From: Amoeboaphelidium protococcarum X5 | Taxonomy: Eukaryota; Fungi; Aphelidiomycota | DNA: 64,000 bases | Assembly: GCA_023515725.1 (NCBI GenBank) | Contig: JALDTO010000235.1 | Span: 418,371 to 482,370 of the forward strand | Direction of reading: 5' to 3' | Part shown: in pieces, positions 62,886 through 64,000 of the stretch | Position numbering within the stretch: the stretch's first letter is position 1 | How the letters are laid out: each line of letters opens with the position of its first letter | The notes under the pieces: model-generated | Database searches by the model: none | What the model saw: only the letters and a program-made list of their open reading frames with translations | Told to the model about the DNA's origin: nothing | Translations under genes and position numbers: made by a program

Positions 62886-64000
62886 ATGGGACAGCTATTA
62901 TCTTCACCCAAGACTGAGAAAGATTCCTCGATGCAAACCACTGATAAGATGGTTGTTGGAATGTCATCCATGTAGGGATGGAGAATATGTAAGATTATGT
63001 ACTATTAATTGATTGAATTTACCATTTATTTACTATCTAAAGAATGAATGTACGTGTAGCTATGGAAGATGCTCATACTATTGCACCAAAGCTGCACAAT
63101 CCTAAATCTGGGACAGACGATCTTGCCTTCTTTGCCGTATTCGATGGTCATGGTGGGCATATAGTCGCGCAGTATGCCGGTGAGAATATTGTCAAGACTC
63201 TGCAGGCCACGGAAGAGTTCAAGCAGGGTGAGTATGAGACTGCTCTTATTGAGACTTATTTAAGGATGGATCGATAGTTGTTGAGTCTGCCCGAGTTCAA
63301 AGGTGTGCAGTGTGGATGTACCGCTGTCTCCTGTCTTGTCACCCAGTCTTAAATCTTCTGTGCCAATGCCGGTGACTCTAGATGTATACTCAGTGTGGAT
63401 GGACAGGCTTATGCAATGTCTGTCGATCATAAGCCTTACTTGCCGGAGGAGACCAAGCGTATTAAAGATGCTGGTGGATTTGTTGATTTCAACAGGGTCA
63501 ATGGTAATTTAGCCCTATCTCGTGCCATTGGTGACTTTGAGTTTAAGAACAATCAAGGTCTGCCGCCAGAGAAGCAGATTGTCACCGTCTTCCCGGAGGT
63601 GACCAAGTATGAGTTGAACGAATCTGTGGACTATATGGTGATTGCTTGTGATGGTATCTGGGACTGTATGCAAAACTTTGAGGTGATTGAGTTTATTAAC
63701 CAGCGTATTGCTGAGGGTGCAGATGTCAAGGCTACTTGCGAAAAATTGCTGGATCATTGTCTAAGTCCAGCTGCTTTCGCTGGCGCATTTGGCACAGATA
63801 ATATGTCCGTGATCATTGTCGGCTTTCTGCATGGTAAGACTGTTGAAGAGTGGGTGCAGAAGATTACGAGAAATCACCAACAATCCAAGTCTACCCCCAA
63901 TACTCTTGTGGCTGTAAACTCTCCTTTATCACCATCATCCTCCGATTCTTAAAGGGCTGAACATGATAGTGATGGTTCTTCCGGAGATGAGAAAGAGCCG
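62886..64000 (+). CDS. PTC2: Protein phosphatase 2C (Ptc2/Ptc3-like), 3'-truncated; intron 62989-63059
   Basis: MGQLLSSP, SSMQGWRI|SMEDAH (Gln = TAG), FDGHGG, NAGDSR, DHKP, RVNGNLALSRAIGD, ACDGIWD, DNM. Confidence 0.95.

Noticed and set aside
328-63952. Apparent mass pseudogenisation (genes full of stops in the ORF track)
   Set aside because: The interruptions in conserved genes are TAA/TAG, often at Gln positions, and frames are intact under table 6.
1-64000. tRNA/rRNA genes, CRISPR arrays, intact LTRs or TIRs
   Set aside because: None recognised by eye. A suppressor-type tRNA-Gln was not evident, but tRNAscan-SE would be needed to exclude one.

Overview
Gene-dense eukaryotic nuclear DNA of a fungus-related (holomycotan) organism using a non-standard genetic code: TAA and TAG encode Gln and TGA is the only stop (translation table 6). 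The supplied standard-code ORF track is therefore fragmented. This code plus fungal-like genes best fits the aphelid Amoeboaphelidium protococcarum (inference from recalled knowledge, not a database hit). Re-reading with table 6 gives 35 apparently intact protein-coding genes and two decayed mobile-element-like relics (RecQ/TLH-like helicase; Ty1/copia-like). The genes include ATP1, a PXA/Nexin_C protein, TYW1, an ependymin-like protein, CWC15, SKI3, ALG14, Trs65-like, MUS81, NOP53, CDC55, a subtilisin, WNK, ALKBH7, uL24m, SIRT4, a GT77-like transferase, a Trl1-like RNA repair enzyme, a methyltransferase, TYW2, VPS24, U2AF65, PET117, ATP4, Ste50/Ubc2, TMEM164, LIG4, NDUFAF7, RanGAP, PP2C and three orphan secreted proteins. 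Most notable: (1) a 990-aa four-module RNA end-healing/sealing protein (ligase + polynucleotide kinase + 2H phosphoesterase + extra HAD-like domain); (2) all 21 introns I could delimit end in TGTAG; (3) possible footprints of stop-codon reassignment, including C-terminal tails and a convergent CDS overlap. All translations and coordinates were derived by hand.
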